This document shows, one piece after another, positions 26,760 to 38,989 of a stretch of 64,000 bases of DNA. The stretch is from Geosiphon pyriformis uo1. Taxonomy: Eukaryota; Fungi; Glomeromycota. Under the pieces are notes generated by a model. The model was not told the DNA's origin, searched no databases, and saw only the letters and a list, made by a program, of their open reading frames with translations. Position 1 is the stretch's first letter, and each line of letters opens with the position of its first letter. The stretch covers positions 372,001-436,000 of the forward strand of contig JAAOMT010000276.1 in assembly GCA_016748015.1 (NCBI GenBank), written 5' to 3'. A program made the translations under genes and the position numbers.

Positions 26760-28120
26760 GAATATAAAAAAGTCCAAAAAAAAGTTTGGTGCTAGTTTTA
26801 TAGTTTTAGAATTGTCTATTAAAAAGAAGTATAAAAAGAGTGTTTTAAAAAAATCTATTATTAAAATTAATACTGGTGGTTTTTAAGAATTATTTAAGAC
26901 TAATAGAATAAGTAGTTTAATTACTGATAATATTATTAATCAGTGAGCATAAATATAAAGAAGGAGTTTTTTGTTAAAAAAACCAGTTTTTAATTTAATA
27001 GTAACAATAAATTGAAACACAAAAATATTAAAATGATTTTTAAAAGACCAGATAAAATTATTACTAAACATATTTTTGGAAAGTTTTTTGAATAGATTAA
27101 TTTCAATATTGGTAATAATAATGAAAATAATATTTTAGATGGTTTTTTTTTTTTTTTTTTTTTTAAGTTTTTAGTTAATATTTTGGTTTATAAATTATTT
27201 GTTTTAAATATTAATTTTTTGGCCATTTTTAGAAAGTTAGTTTGAAATAAATTGAAAATTGTTAGAAATATGTTTTTTGATATAAATGATTTTAGAAAAG
27301 TTTTTATTCTTTCAAAATTTGGCAAAATTATTCCAATATCTTTTACTTTTAAAAAAACAATAATAATTATGATTAATTTGATTAATTTAAAGAGTATTGT
27401 AATAAACATTTATCTTAATATCTAGTAAAAAATTAAACCAATTAGGTTATTATTATAAAAAAAAATTCTGTAGAAATATCTGTAAAAACTATACAAATTG
27501 TATTAATTAACTTTAATATTATTAAATTAATCAAAATATAATTAATAAAACTATAGCAAAAGATAATTATAAAATTAAAAGATCAGAATCAGATCAGTTT
27601 TTTGGTATTTAAGTGATTTATTTTTATTAAAAAAAACACAATTTGTATAATTAGAGTTAACATTAATAAATAATTATAAAATTTTACAAATAAGTTTAAA
27701 ACTTTGTTTTATATACATTTTATAAAAACAAATACTTATAATCTTTGAAATTTTATTGGTTTAATTAGAAAAAAACTTATATAATTAATTATAATCTTAT
27801 TAGTTACAATTATAATAAGTATAAACTGTGTATTTTGATTCAAAAAAGAGTTTAATCAAAAAATTGTTGTGGTTTCTGTTATTAAAAATGTTATATTTTA
27901 TTGATCTTATCTGTTTTTGGCTTTTTATTTAGTTTGTGATAAGTCTAATTATATTTTTTTTGAATGCAATTTAATTAATAGTAAATTAGTGCTTAAGAAA
28001 AAAAAAGACTTTCCTTTTGGCTCTAAACTAATTTAAATTGGCTTAAATCTATGTAATAAAATCTGGTTTTATTATTTATTTGGTTGTTTTTAAAAGTATA
28101 TCTTGAATATTTGTTGTTAA
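26760..28120 (+). mobile_element. Heavily decayed LINE ORF1 relic
   Basis: KLKIVRNMFFDINDFRKVFILSKFGKIIPISFT at ~27250 matches ORF1 KLIAVKKIFYQVNSFGGASAPSKLLDIIKSSFT. Confidence 0.7.
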
Positions 28121-28128
28121 TAAACTCT

Positions 28129-31100
28129 CTTTTTTTTTTTATCATTTTACAAGTGAAGTCCAAATACTGCTTATAACTATATATCAAAGAATTGATCTAA
28201 AATAGGTGTGAATTATGCACTTTCTATATATGACCAGTCATTTGGACCAATTAGGACAACATTATGTATTTATATGAACAAAAACTGAGCCACTAACACC
28301 AAAAAAAAATAAGCAAGATTTGTGAAAGCCAAAATGCATGTCAAAAGTCTTATCAATACCAAGCAGCTTGACCATATTAGCAGAAACCTCCAAAGCCAAA
28401 CCAGAAACTGATATAAAAACCAAACCATCCAAAAAAATTAGTCTATTTTTTTCTATATAGGCCTGATGTTTTACACAAACCAACCAGATATCATCTCTAA
28501 AAGTAAGACTGAGAGAATGCACAAATTCAATAACTTTCAAACCAGCAATTTTGGGATTATAGAATATGAAAACAGCCTTGTAAAACCAATAAGTAAAAAC
28601 AAAGCCCTTATAAAGAGCTGTAAACACAGAAAAATCTGAAACACAGAATAACAATAGCTGTAACACACTTGAAAAAGAGTGAAAAAAACTAGAAAGTGCC
28701 TTCTAAGAATTCACATGGGAATCTAATATATAATGATGAATAGAAACATTGACCTCACAAGAAAAGCCATGATCTAATATCTCCACATTATCACAATATA
28801 AACACAATACACTAGGGTAATATCTATTATAAAGACACTTCCAAATAGCAACAGGCAGCCAATAATATAAAGCTTTCATAAAATAAATATGTGTATTAGC
28901 TAAGAGTCTGTTAGTAGAAATGGTGGCCATATGCAAATTAGGATGTCACATTAATAATGAGCTGAGCCAATCAACATCCAAGAGCAAACTGCTTGCCAAA
29001 AACTTAGAACTAGACCCAATCTCCCAATGAGCCTAACAAATAAAATAATAAATATCATGAACAAAGTGTCTAGAATTGCCAGAAACAATATTACCATTAG
29101 CCATTATAAAGAGTTCATTCAAGTAAAAAGAAAGATACTAGTTAGAAAGAGAGACAATATTAGCAATCATGTTAGTATGCTTATTTTCCAAAACACCAAA
29201 GTGACTTTTTATCTTGTTTCAACTAACTCTCAAATTTTTACTATGAATAATGTTCACAATATGCCAGTGCTCAACTCAATACTAATTACGAAAATCAGAA
29301 CCCACCAGACCTAATTCCAACTTACAAGCATCCAAAGCAAATTGATTATCTGAAAATAAGTTAACAGAACTAGACAAGAAAACACACTTCAGAGCCAATA
29401 TGATAGTTTGTATTTCTGCCAAAGTAGATGACATCAAATCTGACACATCAACACCCAAACTTACATTAATATTCTCAAAAAAAACTGCAGTACCAGTTCT
29501 TTTGCTAACTGTGCCCAGACTTTTTAGAAACCCATTCATATTGCCAGAAACAATCCAAGAAAAACACTCATAAACAGACACAAAATTACAAGAACCAAAA
29601 ATGTTTGAAGGATCAACACCATTCAAAGCAGTAGAAAGAGAAGAAAAGAGAGTTGCATTATTAAGAAACACAACAAAAAGTTTAAACCACTTAGGAATAG
29701 GTTCACAGGGGTCCAATTTCTTCTATCACTTAAAGATATACCAATTAAAAATAGCACTATGATAATCATGAAGCTGATCCACAAATGCAATGCCATATCT
29801 TTAGAGTAATGGAAAAGAGTTGGAAAATTTGGACTTACCAAGAACAGCAGACATGGGAACCCCACCACAAAACTGAAAAAAATTGGCTAAAAAGCCATCC
29901 AGAGACAACTTGTACTCAAAAAGAATATGAATCATGCCTGCCAAAAAGTTATTGAAAAAACTAACACAAATATAAACAGGAAAACTCAGAGGATAAGTAG
30001 GGTGCCAACATAAAACTTGCAAATTATGAGATCTGTGAGAAAACAAGTGACCTAAAATTCCACTAGAGTTTACAAAACTGACAAAAAAAGCCATATTACT
30101 TTCAGATTGAATTTGCATGAAAGATTTCAAACCATAAAAGGAGAGGTAGTAGATCATGTTACCAGGAAAATTGAGAGGTAAACCAGATTTAAATTTTAAG
30201 CCTTTATAAATCAAAACATCCCACTTGTTGCACACATTAATAGGAACAAAGCTAAACTGCATCTTATAACCAATAATAGAATAGAAAACAGCTGACATTA
30301 AATACAAGAACTGCTTATCTAAGACAGTCTTTTATAGAACCAGATTGGTAAAAAAATGAATGTCCAAATGTGTCTTAGCCAAACTAGGCTTCAAAAGACT
30401 CTCAGATAACAAGAAGATACCTAGATATTAATGGAATTCATTTTTTTTGCAATAAAGATGAGTAAACTACTGATAAACAAAAAAAGTTGAACAACTCTGC
30501 AATTAATAAGAATGGCTACTGTTTTGTCATTATTAATAGAAATGTTATTAATCCAAAAAAATTTACTAGCAACATTGAAAATATGTTGAATAGCATTTTA
30601 ACTGCTACCAACCCAAATCGTGTTATCAACAAATACATTAGTAGCAAAAAAAAAAAAAGCCCAGTCCTAGATTCAGTATGACAATTTTTAGAAATAAAAT
30701 AAGAATTCAATCTATACTTATACACACTTTTCTGATGCTTAACTTCACATAACAGGAGATTATGAAATATTTGTTACAGAAAAGGAGAAAAAACCTCTCC
30801 TTGGTTCAGACCATTATACACATAATAACTATTGGTTAGCCCAAAATCAGTCATAACTCAGTTGGTGCAATTTCTGTAAATACTACCAAAAAATTGATTG
30901 ATTTGCTACACATTTTAATCCTGACCAAGTTTTTCCTAAGATGCTTCCAGCCAACAGAGTCGTATGCTTTTTGTATGTCCTGCAAAACCAGCCAGAGCTC
31001 TTGGTTCTTTTCCAATGCATTTTCAACCACCAAGCCAATTGCAAAAATAGGAGATTGTGTTATTATGTCTTTTAAAACAGAAAAATTATTCTTACAAAGA

Positions 31101-32219
31101 ATATCATAAGTGCTATATGCTAAAAAAATTCCATCAAACAGAATCTTGAAAAGAATCTTGTGAGCTGTTTCAATTAAAGCAATAGAGTGGGTATTCATGA
31201 GAACATCCTTCCACTCATACAATTTGGGAATCATCAAGACCCAAGTCTCTCTTCAAGAACTGGGTACTGATTTACTAAATAAACAAGAGTTTATAAGCTC
31301 TAAAAACATGTCCAAAACCACCCTGTCACAATGTTTCCAAAGTTCATTTGGGATGCCAGAAAGACCAGCAGCTTTATTATCAGGAAGATTGGAAATCACA
31401 ACAAAAAATTCATCAAACTTAATTGAACACATCACATTTGAAAAAGCATTATCAAAAACATGCTCCAACAGTTGATATTGATAAGACTATTTCTCAAATA
31501 TATTATCAACAATTACATAACTCCTAGTTTGGCTCTTCATAATCACATCTATCTTGGTCTTTACTAGATCAAGTTCTAAAATTAGTTTATTATCAATGAC
31601 CAGATAATTCAATACCATCTTGCTGAAAGGATGCTTTAGCACACTTCTGATGGTATGACCTTTGTTTACCTCAAAACTTTCTATTCTTCTGTTAATTGCA
31701 TACTTAATGTTTGTCTCCTCCACTTTCTTGGATTCAGTAAGCTTGCTAGCACAATATGATTTCCTTATGCCAAAAAGAATTAAATACACACAATCCAAAT
31801 CAGCCCTAGAATTCAGAAGAGTTTAAACAGTTAAGGCGTTATTATCATTCAAAGAAGACCAGTAATCCAATAAAGCAACAAACTTACCACCTAGGCTCAC
31901 ATGAGAACACTTGACAATTTTTGACACCAGAATTTCTAACTTATAAAACCAAGACAAATCTTTGGTAAAAACACTATCAAAACTCCTAAACTATTTTTTC
32001 TTGAAAACATTACCTGTCAAAAGACACATTATTTTACTAATAACATTCCACATAGCATCCAGATCAGATGCCCTTATGAACACAACAAACTTATTAGAAA
32101 ACATCACAGCATTTAACACTGTCATCTCCTGGAACTTGTTCTATTTGGCAACATTTATATTCTTAATATCATACTTCTAGCAATCTCTATTTGCCATTTT
32201 GTAAAGAGAATTCAACCAC
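28129..32219 (-). mobile_element. Second decayed LINE (3' two-thirds of ORF2 with poly(A) tail), interrupted by Gypsy element A
   Basis: Poly-T at 28129-28140 adjoins a 3' end homologous to LINE 1. Motifs KAAGLSGIPNELWK, LQDIQKAYDSVGW, RNase H SSTLAEIQ..SDNQFAL and CLYC..HGFSC. Confidence 0.92.
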
Positions 32220-33079
32220 TGTTACTCATAGAATATAGGAAATATATTAACATATAAATTAGCCAATCAGAAGTAACCATAGTAAAGATAGAATTCCAAA
32301 ATTTTTCTCAGAAGAATTGCAGGATTCCAGAAATTTCAGAATTCTCATACAAGGAATTATAAGATTCCAGAATTCCAGAATTTCTCTCAAAGAAATTGCA
32401 GGATTTCAGGAATTCCAGAATTTCTGGTGTGAAGAATTGAAGAATTAAAAAATCTTAATTATGTATATATAGCAGTAGTGCTAAAAGTAAAAAAGACAGA
32501 ATCTTTTAGTTAGAAACTTTTTAGTTTAGATTTAATCAAAACAACTTTTCAATTACAAATATTAATAAATAAATTATTTTATATCTCAATTTACTCTTCA
32601 CTATCAACTTTTCATATTGATAGTCTCAAATACTTAATCATACTGAAACAATAGCTCTTGATTACAGCTATTGACAGAATACTAACCATTATTGTCTTGG
32701 CTTATTTGCTTTTATTTTTCTTTTATTTTCTTTGTTACTTTCTTTTGTTTTACTAACTTGATTATAAGGATTCACATGTGGAGGTACTAACATCAGGATA
32801 TAGCACTGGTAAAAGACTCAGGAATAAGGGTAGACACTCGGAATTGAGAATATCTTACTAGGAGATTTACTGGCCATCATGCTGAGAAAGAAATTGACAA
32901 AACTGTGGTTTCGGAAAGCTATGGATAAAACTATTAGTTAAAATCTCTGTTTATTATACAAAGAACTACATCAAAATCTTCAGATACAAATAGCCTACAG
33001 ATATTACTCAAGTCATTAATTAAGCACCAAGTTATGAGTTTGTTATTTGCTTTGAGACCCCAAATAATCACCTATAACA
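32220..33079 (+). repeat. 5' LTR of element A
   Basis: TGTTACTCATAG...CACCTATAACA, homologous to the LTRs of B. GAATTCCAG-type array at ~32290-32445 precedes TATATATA. Confidence 0.9.
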
Positions 33080-33081
33080 TT

Positions 33082-33098
33082 TGGTGCTCTCTGTGAGG
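33082..33098 (+). promoter_or_regulatory. Primer-binding site of element A
   Basis: TGGTGCTCTCTGTGAGG 2 nt after the LTR, complementary to a tRNA 3' end ...CCUCACAGAGAGCACCA. Confidence 0.85.
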
Positions 33099-33559
33099 TA
33101 TAATTCAACAGAAAAACCAACACTACAACACTTATTTAAAACAGTGACAGAACCCAAAGAAACAGGGACAAACCATCTGAGATTTGTAAAATCTTTATTC
33201 CAACACTATCATGCTCACCTTGGATTAACAAATAATAGTTGGCCAACAGAATCAGCTTTCAATTGCTATGTTAACAAAAGAATAGTATACCACTTGGAGG
33301 CCAAGGAGATCCAGAATCTGCCTTTAACAACTTTTTCAGTGAATTGCTCCAAAGCACCACTTTTTCACAAAACTATCTATTTGCACCCCTAATTACAGAA
33401 ATAAACAAGGAAATTAAAAAATATATCAAGCAGAGATTTTCTATTATTTTTGCCAACAAAAAAAAAGGAAGGTTACAAACACCAACAGAAACACCAAAAC
33501 AAATCTAACTACCCACTTGGAAGAAACAAAGATTTGATTTACCTGTTAATCCATCATAT

Positions 33560-34199
33560 TGTTACAGTTGAAACTTATACTTCTTATTAATTATCACATG
33601 TATTAGCCATTAATGTCATATAAATTAGCCACACTATTTTTAGATAGTAATCATTGACCTGATCATTGACCATTTTTGACAGTTATATAAACAATGAATC
33701 TTTTAGCTGTAGAAAAACATGTTCAAAATAATCAAAAATAAATAAAATAACAACTTTTATCTTAATCATTCTCTTATCACTAATTTTCCTTTCCCTACCT
33801 TCAAGTATCTAAACATCTTGAGATAAAAAATTACTTGTTGGTTAATTTTTACCCTTTTTCTGAAATGTATAAGTATAGCATTTGAAGATTATTGAATAAA
33901 ACATGATTGAAAAGTACATCTAATACTTGATATTGAATTCTAAAAGTGCTGATATAAGGCATAGAATTATACCAAATGTGATTATTTGTTGACAGTATAA
34001 ACTATTTCTCTACCTTCAAATTTCCCAGTTACCTTTTGAAAAAAATAGTGACTTAGATATTTTATGAGACTGATCTTGTATATTGAATTCATACTTATTC
34101 AATTCGCTCTTTGAAGTTGAAATCCCTTTGATTATTTTTATTATCCTACAATTCTGTTCTTCCTTGCTATCCATTAACTTGTTACTCCAATCCATAACA
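33560..34199 (+). repeat. 5' LTR of element C (640 bp)
   Basis: TGTTACAGTTGAAAC...TCCATAACA, colinear with 50743-51502. Confidence 0.93.
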
Positions 34200-35792
34200 T
34201 AAAAGTGGTGCTCCCTGTAAGGTTGTCAGAATCCACTTTGTTTTTTATTGTATAGGTAATTATTCATACCTGTCACAACAATTAGAAGAACACTTTGAAA
34301 CACACAACAAAAACAATCTAGACTTTATTGAACTCAATCCTTTGCTCTCCTGCTTGATTTGCTTCCCCATTGAAGATCAATTCAGTAAACAATTTCAAGA
34401 TTTTTGGAACTGGTTCCTAAACAAGCATTCAGCTGAAACCTACACAGCCTATACAACTTATTACTTTGATCAAGCTTATTTTGAAGACAACTTTAAAGAA
34501 AGAAACAACAGCATCAATCAACTTTTATACTCCACAACTTTTGAACAACAGCCCCCTAATTCTGAATATCTGAATCATCAAATCCACATTTGGATTGCTG
34601 CCCATCAAGCAACTGAAACTCTTTTTGAAACAGAAGAAGAAAGCTACCAAACTGCCTCTGTTTTTGACCTTTTATCAAGCAAATCAGACTCATCTACACA
34701 AACAGTTACTTCTGAACCAATGGCTAATAACCTCATGCAAGCAAATATTCTGGCCACCCTTTAAAGTATACAAACTACTCTAGAAAGAAGAAACAATACC
34801 CCACTACCATTATTTAGAGGTAATGCATAAGATCCAATTGAATAGTTGGATGATTTTAAGAGAGCTGCCATAGCCAACCAATATGATAAAAAATACAAGT
34901 TTCAAATTGTTGGTGGCTATCTCCAAAACTCTTCTGCTACCTGGTTTTCACAAGAAACAAATGCCAATGCTCAACACTGAATAATCAGATGGACACCAAT
35001 CAATGCTGGAAAAGAAAATACCTCTTTCACTATCTGGTTTGAGACCAAGTTTAGAACCCCAATATTAATATCCAAATGGTGTATAGAATTGGAAAGAAGA
35101 ACTCAAGACCCTAGAGAAGTAGTGACTGAATATATTAAAGCTATCAGAAAGCTAATCAAACGTGTAGACTCCAAGAAAAACTGAACAAAAGAGCAAAAGA
35201 TTTATTCTTTTACAAAAAGATTAAGAACTGATCTATTGTATGCTTTTTGGCCTCTCTTGGCTTTAAAAGATAACCCAACAATGGACATGGCTATTGAACT
35301 GGTACAAAAAATTAAAGATAACCAAAGAATGCATTTAAGATTCACACTTCCAGTTTTTGCTCCTGCTTCTGTCATTGCTCCAGCTCCACAAATGGCTGCT
35401 GCCTCTTTTGTTGCCCAAACTCAAGACCCAAATGAACAATTAATAGATAGACTTACAGCTAATCTTGTCTGGCTACTGGAACCTTTGGCCCAAGCAGTTA
35501 GAAAAAATTAACAACCTTAAAGACCTAGATTTGAATCCCACTTTAATTAGCCTCAACAACCATCATATCAAAGACAGCAAAATTATGGCCTATTTGTGTG
35601 CTATTACTGTGGACTAACTAGACACTTTTTAAGAGACTGTAACAATCCTCTATTGCCTCCTCCAGCTCCTAAAAATAATGACACCCAGAATAACAGACCC
35701 AACAATAATAATGTTCTCAATCAAAGATCCAATCATGTCAACATCAATTTCTTTGAAAAGGATCCCTTAGTGGAAGCCACTGTTTATCAGCC

Positions 35793-35831
35793 TTTAAACT
35801 GGTAGATGCACCTTTAAAGGGTAAAAGTGCA
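35793..35831 (+). promoter_or_regulatory. Putative -1 ribosomal frameshift signal at the gag/pro junction of element C
   Basis: T TTA AAC is in gag phase, with the gag TAG at 35803-35805. The -1 frame is open into pro. A 7-nt spacer precedes the stem TGCACCTTT/AAAAGTGCA. Confidence 0.7.
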
Positions 35832-37423
35832 AGCCAACCAGAAGAAAATCTTTTTTATGCTTTTAACCTAACTGATGATGACCATAACATGAATGAACTA
35901 GCAATCAACACTTTTGAACCAAAAAGAAAGAAGAAGAAAGCCAAAATTGATTTCGTTATAAATTCAAAGAAAGTCTCCACATTAACTGCTGATAACAATG
36001 AACTACCAAAAACTAAAGTTTTTAAAAATTCTCCAAAATTGGAACTTCCAGAAATTGTACAAAAATCTGGACCATATTCTGTTGTCAAAGATCTCATGGA
36101 AACTTCTGTTCATATTATCTTTGGCCAGTTAATAACCCATCCCCAATTCAGAAAAAACCTTTATAAATCATTAATACCAAAAAAAAAGACACCAAAAACC
36201 AACAAACACCCTTGTCAAGCTGAACTTGCTAACAACAACAATGTCACTCCTCTGATTTGCAAAGCCAAAGTGGCTGGCTACTTTATTGATTTGATTCTGG
36301 ATAGTGGATTATCTGTTAGTGTTATTGCCAAACACTTTTTAGAAGCAATTGGCAGAAAAATTAATAAACCATCCACAAGACCAATGACCAATGTACATGG
36401 TAACAAAAAGAAAAGCCTGAGCATAGTCAAAGCTGTTCCTGTCTGAATCAATGGCATTAGCATTGAAACTGACATAGAAGTATTTGAAGCAAAAAAATAC
36501 AACATAATAGTTAATAATGAATGGCTCAAGAAAGCAAAAGTCTTGCTTGATTATAAACTTTGTGAACTAACTATCAGATATGGTAAGAAACCTATTGTGG
36601 TTAAGTGCTATCATTGGACAACTTTTCTAGTAACACAACAGAACCAAGAAAAAGAACAATCAGATAAATTAAATGATAATGAGAGTAATAATAATGAAAA
36701 TTAAGAAGAACAAGAAGAAACTACTGAACTCATTTATACCATTTTCACCAACAATGACAAGCCTCTGGACAATGTTAAAGCTGACAAAGAAAAAATCATG
36801 GTGAATGGCAAGCTGATCTGCTGGCTCTACTATGATATCCTCAGAAGAACCTTTGACAAAAAACCTGGGAAAAAAGCCAAATACAGTTATTGGTGGCATA
36901 ACTCTTATATATGGTGCTGGTGTAATAAACCTTTGTATTTACCAAGTAATGAATACAAATTCTGCCTGATCTATTACAAAGATTGGGGACCAATTAGCTT
37001 GATACCTTGAAAAGAACTTAAAGAAGTATAAAAGTCCTTTGAAAATAAACCACCTGAAATCCAATCATTAGTTGTAGAACAAAGAGAACCTTTCTCTAAA
37101 GAAAAAAAAATGGACATTGAAAATCTGTTGGCTAAAAATAGCCCAGTTATCTCAAAAAAAGATAATACCCCTGGATGAATTCATGTAATACAACACACCA
37201 TCACCACAAAAGAAACTCGCCCTATCTATTTGAAGTCTTATTAATCCAATCAACATAATAATGAGTTTATTAAGAAAGAGATAAACCAGATGAAAGATCT
37301 TGGATTCATACAAAAAACCAAGAATAAATGGGCTTTCTTAGTTGTAGTAGTATCCAAGAAAGATGGAACCCTACATTTTTGTGTTAATTACCACCAACTA
37401 AATGCCATTATTATAAGAGATAT

Positions 37424-38292
37424 TGTTACAGGTGACTATTTCTGGTGTTGGATTAAATAACAAACCTGTAACTTGGTGCTTAAATCTAGTTGCAGGTGAT
37501 AGTGATCTGAAGGTTTGTGTCTGAAAGGTTTATATCTGAAAAGTTTGGTTGAGTTCTTTGTATAATGAACAGAGATTCAATGGTAATAGTTTTATCCATA
37601 GCTTCCCGAAACTGCAGTTTTGTTAATTTTTTTCTCAGCTTGATGGCCAGTATTTCTCCTGGTAAGCTATTCTCAATCGAGTGTTCTACCCTTATTTCTG
37701 GGTCTTTTACCAGTCATGTTTATCTTAACATCAGTACTCCGCGTGTTAATCCTCAATAGAGTTAGTAAATAACAATAAAATCAAAACAAGAAATAAAGAA
37801 AAGAAAAGAATAAAAAAAGAAAAGAAATAAGCCAAGACGATTTGCAAGTTAGTATTCAGTCAATAGCCATGACCAAGAGCTATTGTTTCAGTGTGGTTAA
37901 GTATCAATTACTATCAACATGAAGTGTTGATAGTAACAGTGAGTTTGAGATAACAAACAGTTATTTATTTGTGGTTTGGAAAGTTGTCTGGATGAAATCT
38001 AAACTGAGAAGTCTGTCTTTTTAGCTTTTAATCCTGCTGCTATATATACATAATTGAGATTCCTCAATTCCTCAATTCTTCACAACAGGAATCCTGGGAT
38101 TCCTGGAATCTTGCAATTTCTTTGAGAGGAATCCTGGAATTCTAGAATCCTGTGATTTTTTGTAAGAATTCTGTAATTCCTGAAATCCTGCAATTTCTGA
38201 AAGAAATCCTGGAATTCCACATTTTACTACGTCTACTTCTGATTGGTTAATAACTATGCTAATATATATTCCCTATATTTCTATGAGTAATA
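37424..38292 (-). repeat. 3' LTR of element B
   Basis: Direct repeat of 46764-47632. Confidence 0.96.
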
Positions 38293-38305
38293 TTATTTCC
38301 TCCTT

Positions 38306-38935
38306 TTAATATTGAGCTCCATCGAAATTTAACTTTGTTAATTCCCCTTTTTGAAGTATTTCCTGAATTTCATTTTCAAGAATTACTTGTGTTATTTGAG
38401 TCTGTAATTCTTCAAATTGAGTGTTGGTAATCTTTTCTAATTGATTACTGGTAACTGTATCCATTGCTTTGTTGAGTAAGATTTCTGGTTGATCCTGAAA
38501 TGCTGTGTGTATTCAGTATATGGCTCGGGCTTGTGTGGATAAGTTGTTCTTTCCCACAAAATGTTCTAATTGTTGTAGTATTCTTGTGTTGAATAATTGC
38601 TTTGTTTTATTTGTATATAGATTCTGGATATTCACATGTTGTTCCAAGTAAAAATAACAATAGTTTCTTGGAAATTGTTGTATTCACCAATTCCAAGTTT
38701 CTTTAATCAACTTTTGGTATAGTGACTCTTTTATCAACTCTTTCATTGCTAACTTTACTTTCACAATGATTTTGTCAATGGTATTTTCTGTTTTCTTCTG
38801 TGTTCTATGTGGCGATGTCTTTTTAGTGTCTTAATATCGGATGGTTTGTTGATTAATTGTAATTTTTATCTCTTGATATTGAATTAATTGAAAGAGTTGT
38901 TGTGCTAATGAGTGGATGTTGTCTGTAATTTCCAT
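38306..38935 (-). pseudogene. ORF3 of element B (210 codons, unknown function)
   Basis: ATG at 38935 to TAA at 38306 in one frame with a few internal stops (MEITDNIHSLAQQLF...LNFDGAQY*). Homologous to ORF3 of D. Confidence 0.75.
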
Positions 38936-38989
38936 TTTTCTGATATTTCTTGTCACGTCTACAATGTCTTTATATATTTTTTTGATGAA

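Noticed and set aside
33082-33098. tRNA gene fragment
   Set aside because: Only 17 nt complementary to a tRNA 3' end, directly after an LTR, so it is a PBS.
38306-38935. ORF3 as an env gene
   Set aside because: Too short, with no evident signal peptide, transmembrane helix or cleavage site.
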